DNA from: Macrostomum hystrix
Lineage: Eukaryota > Animalia > Platyhelminthes
Assembly (NCBI GenBank): GCA_950097015.1
Contig: CATNEN010000025.1
Span: forward strand, 3,162,001 to 3,226,000
Direction: 5' to 3'
DNA: 64,000 nucleotides
Below, piece after piece: positions 35,641 to 47,279 of this stretch. The translations under genes and the position numbers were made by a program. The notes below the pieces were generated by a model, which did no database searches, was not told the DNA's origin, and saw only the letters and a list, made by a program, of their open reading frames with translations. Position 1 is the first letter of the stretch. The number at the start of each line of letters is the position of its first letter.

Positions 35641-35664
35641 GTCAAGACGCGTGACATTGTCTTA

Positions 35665-38076
35665 TTAGTTACTAGTACGCCCCATTGTTCTGTTTTCTAG
35701 TGATTTGCATATCATCTTGGCGGCCTTTTTCAGTGCTTCTGCAGCCAGCTCGTCTTGAGTCTTCAACTTTCGCTTCAGCAGCTTGGCGTCATCATGTAGA
35801 GCTTTGGCCTCTCGCTCTTCTAAAGTCCTCATTTTTTTCTGATACTCGAGCAGCATAGCCGAAGCAGCTCGCTTCTCAGCTTCAATTATTTCACGCTCTG
35901 CAGCCAACTTTTTTTCAGCCGCCTCCAATTCCATCTTCTTCTTGTTTACTTCAATCTCAGCAGCAAGCTGCTCTTCCAACTGTTTAGCGGCAATCCGTGC
36001 ATCTTTCTTGGCCTTATCAGCATCTCTTTGCTGTTGAAGGAATTCCATGTACACTGAACGAGCCTTCCCAGCAGACTGAACGTAGACGTCTGTCAATGGA
36101 AAGTTTTCGCAGGTTGTAGGCTCCTCACCAACTAGCCCAGATTGGCGGATGTAGTGTCGAACAAAAAGGCAGGCATCAATAGACAATTCACCAAGCTTGT
36201 TGCGTTTTTTCGTTAACAAGTCCGATAACTCGCTAAAGACTCGCTCTACTGCAGCGTTGCCTGGCTGAATGGTCAGAGCACCCAAAGCTAGTCGGGTTAG
36301 TGTGCCGTACTTTTTTTGACCACCAAGCTCTAGGGCTGACACGCGAAGCCAAAATGTAACCACATCATTGTCCTTAGCCAAAGCCACTACCTGTTGGTCA
36401 ACGAGGAAGCATCGCCATTCGGAATCAATTTTTGATACGGAATCAGGTGTATATTCCATTTGTTTGGCTAGGTTACATGCAGCAAGCGATGTAGTAGCTG
36501 CTGCGAGACCGACTTTCATAGGATATTGCGGATCCAGAAATTGTAGCGAGCGTAAGACAGGATTCGACAGAGGCAAATGTTCTTGCAAGTACAATGCAAG
36601 TTCACGATAGAAGGTGCGAACACGTAGGAAAAAGAGCTTCTGTTGAGTGTCCGACAAGCCTTTTTTTAATGTCTCTTTAGCTGCTTCGCCGATAAAGATG
36701 GCTTCATTAGAGAGGAAGTATTTGCCTTCCAACGACAAATTTCTCAAATGTCGATTGTTCTCCTGAATGTGCGCTGGATTTAAAAAGAATGACAAAGTCT
36801 GCCTAAACAAATTGCGGACTTCTCCATGCAAAAGATGGACACACGGCTCCTCTGTCTGAAATGCCTTCTCGAATTGGTCTAGATGCGGCAAGACAGCAGC
36901 CAGAAATTGCAGATTAAGCAGTGTATGCGTCGACTTTAGGTGCTCAGCAATTTCTTTGGTCTTTTTGGTCTTTTGCTCAATCAGAGATGGATTCTTCACA
37001 AAGAATTCTTCCAGAGAATCATATTGCTCAATAAGCCTATTAACAACAGGCAAAAGCTGCACCCATCTTGTTTCAACGCGCCGCAACATGCGATGCTGGG
37101 CCACTTGAAGCAGTGACTGAACTTTGTTATAACGCGTCCACCTTTTCGAGGTCTGAAAGTAGGAGAACACTTCATCAGCGAAGTCCTCTACATTTCCATC
37201 AAAGGCTTCACATGCACGTCGAACCGCATTGGAGACAATATGCAAACTGCATGGTCCAATGGAAACAAGATGAGATGCAAAGTCATGCATTATTTTTTGG
37301 AAGCCGTTAAACTTTCCAACCATAACTGCTGGTCCATCTGTTGATATGCTAACACAGTTCCTAATCGGAATGTTGAATTCATCGAGAATCTTCAAAACTT
37401 CCTCTTTCAGAGCAGCGGCTGAGCAGTCAGAAACTTCAACTGTTTTCAAGGCAGTTGTACACAGCCTTCCCTTCTTCGACGACACAAATGATATTACAAC
37501 TGCCATGTGCTTTCGTGCCCCATCAGATGACTCGTCAATAGAAAGGGAAAACAGTCCGCAGCCAGAGTTCAAGTCTTGAATCATCTCATCACGCATCACT
37601 GGTGCAAGAGCGTGATTAACAAGATAGCACAGTTTTGTGCGATGGCACTTCATGTCTTGAGCAATTTTGCTATCATGAAACATAGCTGGGTACACACCCG
37701 AGTGGTCGGCTGTATTGTACGCAATATTGTGCTCAATAAAATGGATTCCAAGTCGCAGCTCTGCCATTAGCACTTCTGCGTCAGCCTTCTTCATGGCAGT
37801 GAAAGATGGCTTGCTGCCTTGAGTAGGAAAAAAGTGTGCTATCCCAGTCTCATTCATGACTGGCAATCGACTCTTGTGCTTCTTGCCTTGGGCGTGGGCT
37901 GTAACTGCGCCGAACCCACTAGTGCCGAGGTGAAATGATTTTTTGCACACGGTGCAGAAGCCAAGCAGTTCGTCACTTCGATCAGGCTGAAGCCACTCGC
38001 TAAGGACTCGTCCATCAATGGATCGCTGTAACCACTCATGTCGAAATGCTGTTGCACGAGGCTTGCTTAGAGACAT
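35665..38076 (-). CDS. hAT transposase, 803 aa, uninterrupted
   Basis: N-terminal CxxC..H-x5-H zinc finger (FCTVCKK..AHAQGKKH); catalytic D (LSIDESSD), D (ISTDG), E (AVERVFS); CxxH (CSLH); RW motif (TRWV); hAT dimerisation region; charged C-terminal tail. Confidence 0.93.
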   Translation of the reverse strand: MSLSKPRATAFRHEWLQRSIDGRVLSEWLQPDRSDELLGFCTVCKKSFHLGTSGFGAVTAHAQGKKHKSRLPVMNETGIAHFFPTQGSKPSFTAMKKADAEVLMAELRLGIHFIEHNIAYNTADHSGVYPAMFHDSKIAQDMKCHRTKLCYLVNHALAPVMRDEMIQDLNSGCGLFSLSIDESSDGARKHMAVVISFVSSKKGRLCTTALKTVEVSDCSAAALKEEVLKILDEFNIPIRNCVSISTDGPAVMVGKFNGFQKIMHDFASHLVSIGPCSLHIVSNAVRRACEAFDGNVEDFADEVFSYFQTSKRWTRYNKVQSLLQVAQHRMLRRVETRWVQLLPVVNRLIEQYDSLEEFFVKNPSLIEQKTKKTKEIAEHLKSTHTLLNLQFLAAVLPHLDQFEKAFQTEEPCVHLLHGEVRNLFRQTLSFFLNPAHIQENNRHLRNLSLEGKYFLSNEAIFIGEAAKETLKKGLSDTQQKLFFLRVRTFYRELALYLQEHLPLSNPVLRSLQFLDPQYPMKVGLAAATTSLAACNLAKQMEYTPDSVSKIDSEWRCFLVDQQVVALAKDNDVVTFWLRVSALELGGQKKYGTLTRLALGALTIQPGNAAVERVFSELSDLLTKKRNKLGELSIDACLFVRHYIRQSGLVGEEPTTCENFPLTDVYVQSAGKARSVYMEFLQQQRDADKAKKDARIAAKQLEEQLAAEIEVNKKKMELEAAEKKLAAEREIIEAEKRAASAMLLEYQKKMRTLEEREAKALHDDAKLLKRKLKTQDELAAEALKKAAKMICKSLENRTMGRTSN

Positions 38077-39134
38077 CTCACTACGAGGGTACGAGCGTAT
38101 TCTCAGAATATTTTTTCAGTTATTGTCTTATTGAGTTAAACGCAAGTCGCAAAGGCAGCAAAGCTGAAAAATAAGTTGAGCTACTTTGTAAAGTCTTTCT
38201 AGCCAACCTGATCTATTTAATTAACTATTGGTATTGACTCATTAAACTCGCTTCCAGACTCATTAGGTTCCAATTTCCATTCTAGCTCTATGCGAAAAAC
38301 TAAGTTTCCTAGTAAGAGGGTGGCGGTGGAACATAGACTAAACTAAGAACTACAATCAATAAAGAAATGAACTTTTAAACAGTAGTATAATGTGTACAAA
38401 TAATTAAGGAGAATTCCAACAAATAGAAAATACTAGATATTGACAAATATATATATATATAAGATATTTAGTATATAGATTGTATAAAACTAAAGTGTGT
38501 CCTCAATTCCTCATATATTCAAATATCAGAGCAAAATCGGAGCAACCAAATTTCCGCAGATTGCAAAATTCCTCTTGATTTTCCACAGGCGAGCCAGAAA
38601 TTCCGCATTGCGGAATTTCCGCAGGTAGTGGGAACACTGATTCCAGCTGCGATTCTATACAAGATCCTGCTACGATTCTGTCTACGACTCCTGCTGCGAT
38701 TCTATTCAGTGTTTCTTTTGAGTGGCTTTTGCTGGGATTTCATTAAATGTTATTGCCGTGTATAATTAAAAGTCGAAGAGCTAACTTTGGTGAGTTATTG
38801 CTGGCAGTATAATATTAGGCAAACCATTGGAGTGTATTGAAATTTATATTGCTAATAATATTACGCGGTTTCCACTAAAAAATACGGAACAGGGCGCATC
38901 GCATAAAATATTCAAGCCCGATTGGAATTCATGAAATTAAAACAGTCAGTCTAATACGACTTAAAGAAAATTAAAATTAATACATTTGCAAGGAAGATTG
39001 CAGGCCAAGACAATAGTGATCAAATACTCGTAAGCATAGGAACTGTGGGCTAAAAATTACCGACTCGCTTCTAAAAATGCAGCCCGTCCTATGGATTGTT
39101 TAATTCGCATTCACTGACTAATTGAATACAAAAA

Positions 39135-39345
39135 CCTGACAATGTCCTAGGTCACTAAAAACTGACAATGTCCTAGGTCACTAAAAACTGACAATGTCCT
39201 AGGTCACTAAAAACTGACAATATCGTAAGTCCGTAACAACTGACAATGTCCTAGGTCACTAAAAACTGACAATATCGTAAGTCCGTAACAACTGACAATG
39301 TCCTAGATCACTAACAACTGACAATGTCCTATGTCCCTAACAATT
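39135..39345. repeat. 26-mer repeat GTCACTAAAAACTGACAATGTCCTAG
   Basis: About 8 units. Confidence 0.88.
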
Positions 39346-39701
39346 TACTACTGTGTACATTTCATTACATGACTAGCTATATCTCCATTGACCCGAAAAC
39401 CAAAAAACATTGTTCCAGAAAACTATATCAAATTAAACGATTCGACCAGCCAAAATATTGGCGAATAAAATACTTTTAAAACTAGCAGCTTAGATTGCAA
39501 TGCGAGAGGACAATTAAACTTTAACAAACATGGAATAGAAGATAATGCCGAACTAATTTGAGTAATACACTTGTACTTTTCGGGAACAAAATAGCGTTAA
39601 AACGCGCAATTATTAGACTTATTTCATAGCTACTGTATTGATTTAAATCCAAAGCCCTAACCTTAGTCTTTAATCTATAATATCGATCGGGTTAGATTCC
39701 G

Positions 39702-41158
39702 CTACGCGTTGGCTTCTTCGCAGGCGTCCACCCAGTCGCCGTAGACATCGATAGGCTCAGATAGGTAATTAATGTTGGTCTGAAAGTCTTCTAGGCAGAC
39801 TCGACAGGAGATTGAGCCGACACCGGCTGCCCGATTCCTTGTGTGTGTGTTCGACAATACGCGCTTTAGTATATAGTAGTAAATATCTGCAATTTATTCC
39901 CCGTAATAAACGGGGAGTAATATGTACTCCCCGTTTTCCCACCAACGCAGTCTGTCTTAAAGCATTTCATTTATTTGCCCCGGGAAATAAATGATTTATT
40001 TCACGCTCGCCCGGGGCGGATAAACGGAACGTTTACCATAGACAACTCACAGACGTCTGGGGGAAATAAAAAGAAAGTAGCTGGAAGCTAGCCATAGCTC
40101 AGACAGCCTTTCCGGCCTTAAACACCTAGTGTACACTTTTTACCACAGACGCTTCTTCTTCAAACAGGTCTGCTTTTTACCATAGACTATGGACGACAGA
40201 GTCCGAGAGAGAAAGAGAGAGTCAGAGTTTATACACAAAGCATAAAAGTGCAATCAAAGTTGGCGGGCAAACGGGGAATACATACCATATTTCACATTTA
40301 TTTCGGCTGTCTAGGGTGGAAAAGCACTCGGTTTCGCCTCGGTCAATAAATTTGCGCCTCGAGCCTTCCATCCTAGGGAGCCGAAATAAATGGGAAATAT
40401 GATACATCTATTCCTCACTTGTTTATTGGCCTGTCTCTTTGGCTCTGAAAAATAAATGAACTGAACAATACCATCGATTTTTTGGAGCGTCCAAGTGGGG
40501 AATAATTTAATGAGAATTGTTCACGTAAGTTTCAGTGGGGGAACAAAGCTGTGAAAGACATGTCTATCATTGTCTATGGCTCAAAAGGAGTCCAGTGGTC
40601 GATGGAGAAACAAAGATTGAAATTCGGAAGTATGTTGACGCGTATGACAATAATACAAGACTCGATGCAGATGTTAACAATCTGACTAAAGTTGAAAAGC
40701 ATGGACATATATACATATATAATATATTCTTCTATCTATACTAAACTAGTACCACTTAAAGGATTTAGCCATGATCTAAAGAAGTGGGGCTTACTAAGGC
40801 GGTGTACAGTCTTTCAGTTAATGGACTGCAAAGCGGACACACCTACCCAAACTTCTACCCTAGCTGGTGATTAGCAATCGTGGATTAAGTAAGTCACTTG
40901 CTCAGGGAAATAAACTGTCCCCCCTATGGCTGAATTCGACCTCTCGGTCACAAGTCTAAAGCTTTACTCTGAACAATCGGATAAACCTAAATGTTAACAG
41001 CAGAAATATGATATTGTCAGTGTAAACAAGACAAATACTCACATCTTAACCTCGCAGGACTTCTCGTGGTTACAAAATGGACAGTTAAATAGCATGTCAA
41101 GGGGCACAATGGCCTTCTGCTTCGGTGGTGGCTTTCTAGCCTTCCTTCGGCGTCCCAT
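39702..41158 (-). CDS. ELOF1: Transcription elongation factor 1 homolog (Elf1), 83 aa, 2 exons
   Basis: complement(join(39702..39837,41043..41158)) = [83 protein letters not shown]; CPFC/CRVC zinc ribbon and basic N-terminus match ELOF1. Confidence 0.95.
40775..40975 (-). mobile_element. SINE family B copy in the ELOF1 intron
   Basis: Minus: head ..GACCGAGAGGTCGAATTC, CORE-like CCTGAGCAAGTGACTTA, body CAGTCCATTAACTGAAAG. Confidence 0.55.
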
Positions 41159-44100
41159 TGTGAATGCTGATTTGCTGAAGATACAAGAAGTCAATAAAGT
41201 TGATATAATTTATAGACAAAAGTGCTCAAAGAATAAATATGTTGAAGAAAAGTACAAACACAAAAAATTGCCTAGGTTATAAGACTAACTGCTATCAGAT
41301 GAGTGCAGTTAAATGTAACACCAAAGAATTAACATAATCTCAAACAAATTTTATGATATTCATTGAGTTAAAATATAGCCAAATTTGATGTAAAATGAGA
41401 TAAAGCTGTTTTTTATTGGAAATATGACATAAAAGAAACATCAGTTTTCATTTTTAAACCATTAACTAAGGCCAAAGATGAGACATTATTTCTACATGTT
41501 TATTTCAATTGAAGCTGCCCCCATGTCTGTCACAAAGCATTCTTTTAACAACTTAAAAGAATGAGTTTAAGTTGCATGCATGAGTTTTACAAGTCATTGG
41601 TTGGACCAATTTTAAGATTTATGACCAGCATTTTCTGTGTTTGTGATTTTTTAAATAAGGCAGAATAGGCTCAATAGAGAGAAACCATAATGCAATGCAA
41701 CCACTAGACCAGGAAGTTTGATATTTGAAAAATATTGTTTTTTGTCTAATAGTGGTCTTTACTATTAAAAATAAATAAATACAGCTGCTATGTCCCAAAT
41801 ACAGAGTCATGATTTGTTTATGAACATGGCTGTTATGTTCCTAGGTAGGTTACATAATTATCGACAAGGACACCATGTCCAAATGCAAGCCATGACTCTA
41901 TATTGGGGACATGGCAGCTGTGTCCATAATTTTCAACCTAGTTAGTGGCCCAGCAGCTGCTGGTTGTAAAAGTCCTAATAAATAAATAAATCTTGGATCT
42001 AAAAAAGGATCTTGACCTCTAAGACCCTATCTTAGCTAAGGGTCCATTTAACAAGTTTTTTCTACTACCTTCTACTACAGAGAGATAACTGCAACATGGG
42101 CCAGAAGCCTGTTTCTGAGTGGACTCTAGAGTCATAAAAAGTGGTGGTGAAGCTATATCTTGTTTCCAATATATTTAATGTCCAACATGCATCTACAGAT
42201 GTAGAATGGGGAGAGAGAGAGAGGGAGAAACACTAGGGGATGACTAACCCAAGGGTAGCTACCTCTCTGTCCAATAAATCAATGCTCCCAGCAAATCCTT
42301 GCTAAACCTTTCCCTCCCATTCTGGGACCATATAGATCATTGCCATGTACCCAAGTCATGTGAGCCATGCAAATATAATGCTCTGAAACATATTTGCAAG
42401 GCTTACAGTCCAAAAAGTGATAATGTCAACATGTAATGCTTATAACAACAACAGCAACAAACAAGTCAACAACAAAAGATACATTTTGACCCCAATGTCA
42501 AATAGGAGCAGCATCAGATGGTGCTTTAGTGTTTCCATAACTTTAATCAATATATAAAATTTTAAAAAGGAGTATCATGCAAATAAGATATGGCCCCATT
42601 TAAGTAAAAGGTTTTCATGTTTTTTGTTATAATTTTCAGAATAAGAAAGTTTGAAACAGTGAAGCTTTTACCTTAAATTTATTTCAAGAGGGAGAGAGAC
42701 TGAGAAAGAGAAAGAGAAAGAGAAATTTCATTGAGAAAGAGAAGTGAATAAAGTAAAGGAAGAGCTGTAACCTTAGATCCACTGGTAATGCCCAAGGCCA
42801 AGATGGACTAAAGAATAATTGAAGATTGATTGAAAAGTGATAAGACTTAGGAAAGATTGATGAAGAGCAATAAAGAAAGATAAATATGGATAAATAGTCA
42901 TAAAGACTACTTAGAGTACTTACAGAAATAATACAGGAAAGATATAAGTACAAATAAATAAAAAGGATAAATATCGGAGCCCTATATTGTACATGTAAAG
43001 CTACCAATTTGAATTTGAAATAAGAATTACAAAGTAAATAACCAAAGAAAATCATAAGTTTGCCATATGAAAATATTTGAATAGCCCTAGGACAACTTTG
43101 GTGGCATTATTAGGATCAAGAAGTTTAGGCCTCCTCATACTTACTAAGAAGTTAGACCTACAATAACTTTGGTAACAGCGGCAGGATCTTATTTATTAAA
43201 ATAGCCCTACAACACAAAATGGACATAGCCTATGTCCATAGGAGCAATAAAAATATAATAATGAAACATATTGTATGCTCTTACTAATTCAGTATTTTTG
43301 TGGGCTGTTTAGGGCCTACAATTTACATAGGGCCTACTTAAGGCCTAGGCCATATTTATGGACATAGGCCTTATCCATAACATAATTATAAAAATTTAGT
43401 ATAACTTTTAGAGATATTACTTTGGCCAAAATTGGGTTCAAATATTTATTTGATTTTCATACTTCGTAATGGTTACTTCAACATAACTATGTCCTATGAT
43501 TCAATTACAATTCTAGAATTGGTTTAACAGGTTGCTTGCTTGCGCCAAAAAATTATTACTACGACTGCGTTTTCGTGTAAGCTAGCGAACAAATTAAGTG
43601 TGAGCAAACGTTTAATTCGTGGCCTAGATCCATAAAGTACGAAGTAAATGTCCTACACGGCCAGCTACGAAGCGCTGCGAGGTGACCTCATAAAAATCAA
43701 CCGCAAAATTTTTTTCGGTTTTAAATTTTTTAAACGTAAAATGAAACAAAAGTAATAAATTAACAAAAAGAGCACAAGCTGGTTAGCAACTTTTCAAAAT
43801 TAAGACAAGAAATAAAAAATAATAATATACTTATACAAAAAATGTGCCTGTGTGCTTAAGAAACCTTGACTATTTGAACAGCACGATTTCTAAGAAAACG
43901 TATGAAATAAAATCCAACAATACGATAAAAATTGGGTAAGGGATTATAGTGATACGGTATTTGCCGGAAATGACAACCAAAAAAATATTTTCCAATTGAT
44001 TTTTAATCAGAAATAAGAAACAGCTTAATGTTTTCCTTTAGAACAAAAGCCCAAATTTTTATTGATATGTATCTAGCTATATCTTTGATTGTCTAGTTTT

Positions 44101-44554
44101 TTGCCCATGTAGTTGTATTATTTTAATACATCTAGATTATTCATAAAGTAATTTTTCGAGTAGAGAAGTAGAGAATATATTGCGATTTTATATTAAAAAG
44201 TTGGCTGTTTACCTTAATTTAAAAATATTGCCGTGGACATTTTGCTAATTTTTTGCACTAGCTAATCTAGGCTACCTGTTTATGTTTACCGTTTGCTTAT
44301 GTAGCTAACTATTTGCATTATTTCAGCTTGTTGAAAAAATATATTGAAATACTTGTTGCTCTTCTATAGTTAGCTTCTAGTAGGTCAGATTCAATCGAAC
44401 CGCTAGAAAAGGTGGCATCTCTAATTGAGTTCTTGTATTTTTTTGGTTTTGCTGCCTTGTTTTTAGCTGAGTTATATAGTTATATAGTTATTATTATCTA
44501 TGTTTCCATTGAAGTGATGTTAATTTTTAAGTTTCTTTCTATCATTTACTTCAG

Positions 44555-45753
44555 ATGTTGACTCTTCGCCGCTCTGCTGAGGTGGTGGGCACTCAGTTCA
44601 GTCATCTGTACCGTCGTCACCTGACATGCACAGTTCTAGGCCGACCAATCTACTATGAACAGGTTGGCACTGGTCCACGCCGTGTCCTCCTTCTTCCAGG
44701 TGCTCTTGGCAGCTGCGCGACCGACTTTCAGCCGCAGCTGAATGGCCTCAGCCGAGACAAGTACACCGTTGTGTGCTGGGATCCGCCGGGCTACGGTCGC
44801 AGCCGCCCGCCCGAGCGCGACTGGTCTGCCGCGGGCGCTGAATTCTTTCGCTCAGATGCAAAGCACGCGCTGGCGCTGATGCAGGACCTCAGACTGACTC
44901 CATTTGCGGCTGTTGGCTGGTCGGATGGTGGCAACACAGCCATGATGGCTGCTCTCCTCGGCGGCCCGTCCATTGTCAACCGGCTGATGCTGTTTGGCTG
45001 CAACTCGTACATATCGTCTGAGGATGTGAAACGAACCGAGGCGATTCGCGATCTGGACAGGTGGAGCGAACGAATGCGCGGCCCGTTCGAGGCTGTCTAT
45101 GGTCCAGATCGATTCCGCAGCCTCTGGGAGGAGTGGTGCAGGGCCTACTTGGCCTATCCTAACAAAGGCGACATCTGCAGTCGGCGACTGGGCGAGATTC
45201 GTGTTCCAACTCTGGTGCTGCACGGCGCCGGTGATCCAGTGGTGCGTCACAAAGTACTTTTATTTTGTTCACTCTCTGTAGTTATACACGATAGAATATT
45301 AATACTGATTTTTTCGAAGGGTTTTTGGTAGTTTAAGATTACCAATCGTCTTTCTTTGGAGATTTCACACTTCATTACTAGGTGTAATTTCTATCTACTT
45401 TTTTGTTTTGTTTTAGAAATTAGCCATTAGAACACAATATGGAGCATGTTAAATTCACTTTTTCTCTTGTCGGATTATACTACTGGAATTTTCTATCTAC
45501 GGCCCAAGCGTACATTTTATACAATTAGTGAATTTTTCCTTTAAAATGACGTAAAACGCATGGATTTTCAGTAAATTAAGCCCCTTTAATAGAGCAACCC
45601 CTTTCAATCAAGGTGGACCCGGCGCATCACACCTTCCTGAAGGCGGGCATCGCCGGTTCTCGCCTGGTTGTGTGGCCGGACGCCAAGCACAATGCGCATC
45701 TGCGCCATCCGGAGCGCTTCAACCGCATGCTAGAAGACTTCCTTGACGAGTGA
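44555..45753 (+). CDS. BPHL: Valacyclovir hydrolase / biphenyl hydrolase-like serine hydrolase, 275 aa, 2 exons
   Basis: join(44555..45241,45613..45753); LLPGALG, WDPPGYGRSRPP, nucleophile GWSDGG, acid HGAGD, His in KHNAH. Confidence 0.9.
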
Positions 45754-45889
45754 CTGCGTGGTCGCAGCTATTTATTTTTGCCATTTGACTGTTTTATATC
45801 ATCGCCAAATATTTAGTTCGCTCATGTTTAACAATTCCAGGACTGTTTATATTTTCTAAATCTTACGGCACTATATTTATTGAAAATTG

Positions 45890-46450
45890 GGGCTCTTGTG
45901 AAGTGGTTTGAGCGTCGCCCTCACGACCTGAAGGTCAGAAGTTCGATTCCCGACTCTACTGGAACTATTCGTGATATTTAACAAATAAAATAATGATAGT
46001 TGCAGGAGGGCTGTGAGCAAAGGCAAATCGTATGGTGACACTAGACCCGCTGCCAGGAGGAGGCAATTCTGCCCACATTCCGCTGACTCCTGAGCACACA
46101 CGCACACAGATACTGTACGCAGGCACAGTCTCACACAGGTGTGTACATCTGCCCTGACTTTCTCGTCGTCAGGCAGTGTGCACTCACACTTTGCCTTGGA
46201 GGTTGGCCCTCAATGGCTTAAATTGCAAGACTGTGGCTTAGGGACATTGGTGCGAGAGGCGAACGCGATAACCACTCTGCCACCAACCCCCGATCTCTAA
46301 CAAAACTATTTAACAGCTTCGGTGCTTCAGATATTAAATGGTTTGGCTGTGTGTTAGCTAAGGGTACGTAATTGAAGGTGGCTGCCCACAGTCCATGGAC
46401 TGAACAGGCGTACGCAGCTTTTACATAGGTGCAGCTTGGCCGTCTGGCCT
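45890..46450 (+). mobile_element. SINE family B copy split by a family A insertion
   Basis: Head 45890-45965 (GGTCAGAAGTTCGATTCCCGACTC); body resumes 46305-46450 (TTAAATGGT, CAGTCCATGGACTGAACAG). Confidence 0.55.
45990..46291 (-). mobile_element. SINE family A copy inserted in a family B SINE
   Basis: Near-identical body to the 61-kb copy; internal deletion removes the B box; degraded TSD GATATTTAACAAA/GATCTCTAACAAA. Confidence 0.8.
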
Positions 46451-47279
46451 AATGTATAATTAATCACTTTTATATTAATAAATAACATGTTATGTACAAT
46501 ACTATGCAAAGTCATCAGAAAGTATTTTTAAGTCAATTTTGTAAACAAGAAACATTTCTTATTTTTCGTTTTTGTTTTGAACGCTGCATTGAATGCTGGG
46601 TGTTCGCAAAGTTATTTTATCGTTTTTACCGTGCCTATAGCTCACTTCAATTTGGATCCGATTTACCTGCAAAAGTTTTTCTTTGTAAATAAAAAAACTA
46701 TTTTTGCCACATTGCCACTACATTTTTGAAAGCTTTTTTATTTCGCATTTTTCGCTGCCGCTTGATACAATTTGACAAAAAGATTTTAAAATCAGTATGC
46801 ATCAATATGCATTTCAGATGAGCTGAAAAAAACAAGCTAATAAGAACTTACACTAAAGTAACACTGTTAGGAAATAAAAAGGTGACTGTGAAGCAATGAA
46901 TTATGAAAAAAACTGTGGAATGATTAAAGAAACAAGAAAAATGAAGTGTACATGCAATTCAGCATCAGTAAGAAATAACATGACTAGATTAGACAAGTGC
47001 GAATTCACCTGGGAAAAATTGCAAAACTCCAGTAAACATTTTAAGAGTAATAGTAATAAATAAACCATGAGTAATTATGAACCATTTTAACTTTAAAAGC
47101 AATACCTTTTTGAGATGTGTTTCACAGTGCACTACTTGACTAGGCGAATTTCACTAAATAGAGAATATTGCATTATGACATTACTGAAAAATGGTAGAAA
47201 AATGACTACATTTGACCATTTCTGTCAGTTAGATTTTTAGATCAAGTTGTAACTGTTAGTTTATTTACCTACTTCTAGT

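Larger units (their letters stand above)
34970..38639 (-). mobile_element. Full-length hAT-superfamily DNA transposon (3670 bp)
   Basis: Perfect 13-bp TIRs CAGTGTTCCCACT (34970-34982; reverse complement 38627-38639); perfect 8-bp TSD ATTCCAGC (34962-34969, 38640-38647); internal transposase; subterminal AAATTCCGCA motifs at both ends. Confidence 0.95.
34604..38708. repeat. 24-mer repeat TTCCTGCTGCGATTCTATTTATGG interrupted by the hAT (34604-34961 and 38648-38708)
   Basis: GCTGCGATTCTA units on both sides of the TSDs. Confidence 0.85.

Noticed and set aside
45890-45965. Candidate tRNA genes (also about 12000, 15170, 19390, 58200, 61270)
   Set aside because: A/B boxes are present but no complete cloverleaf could be folded; they continue into SINE bodies or arrays.
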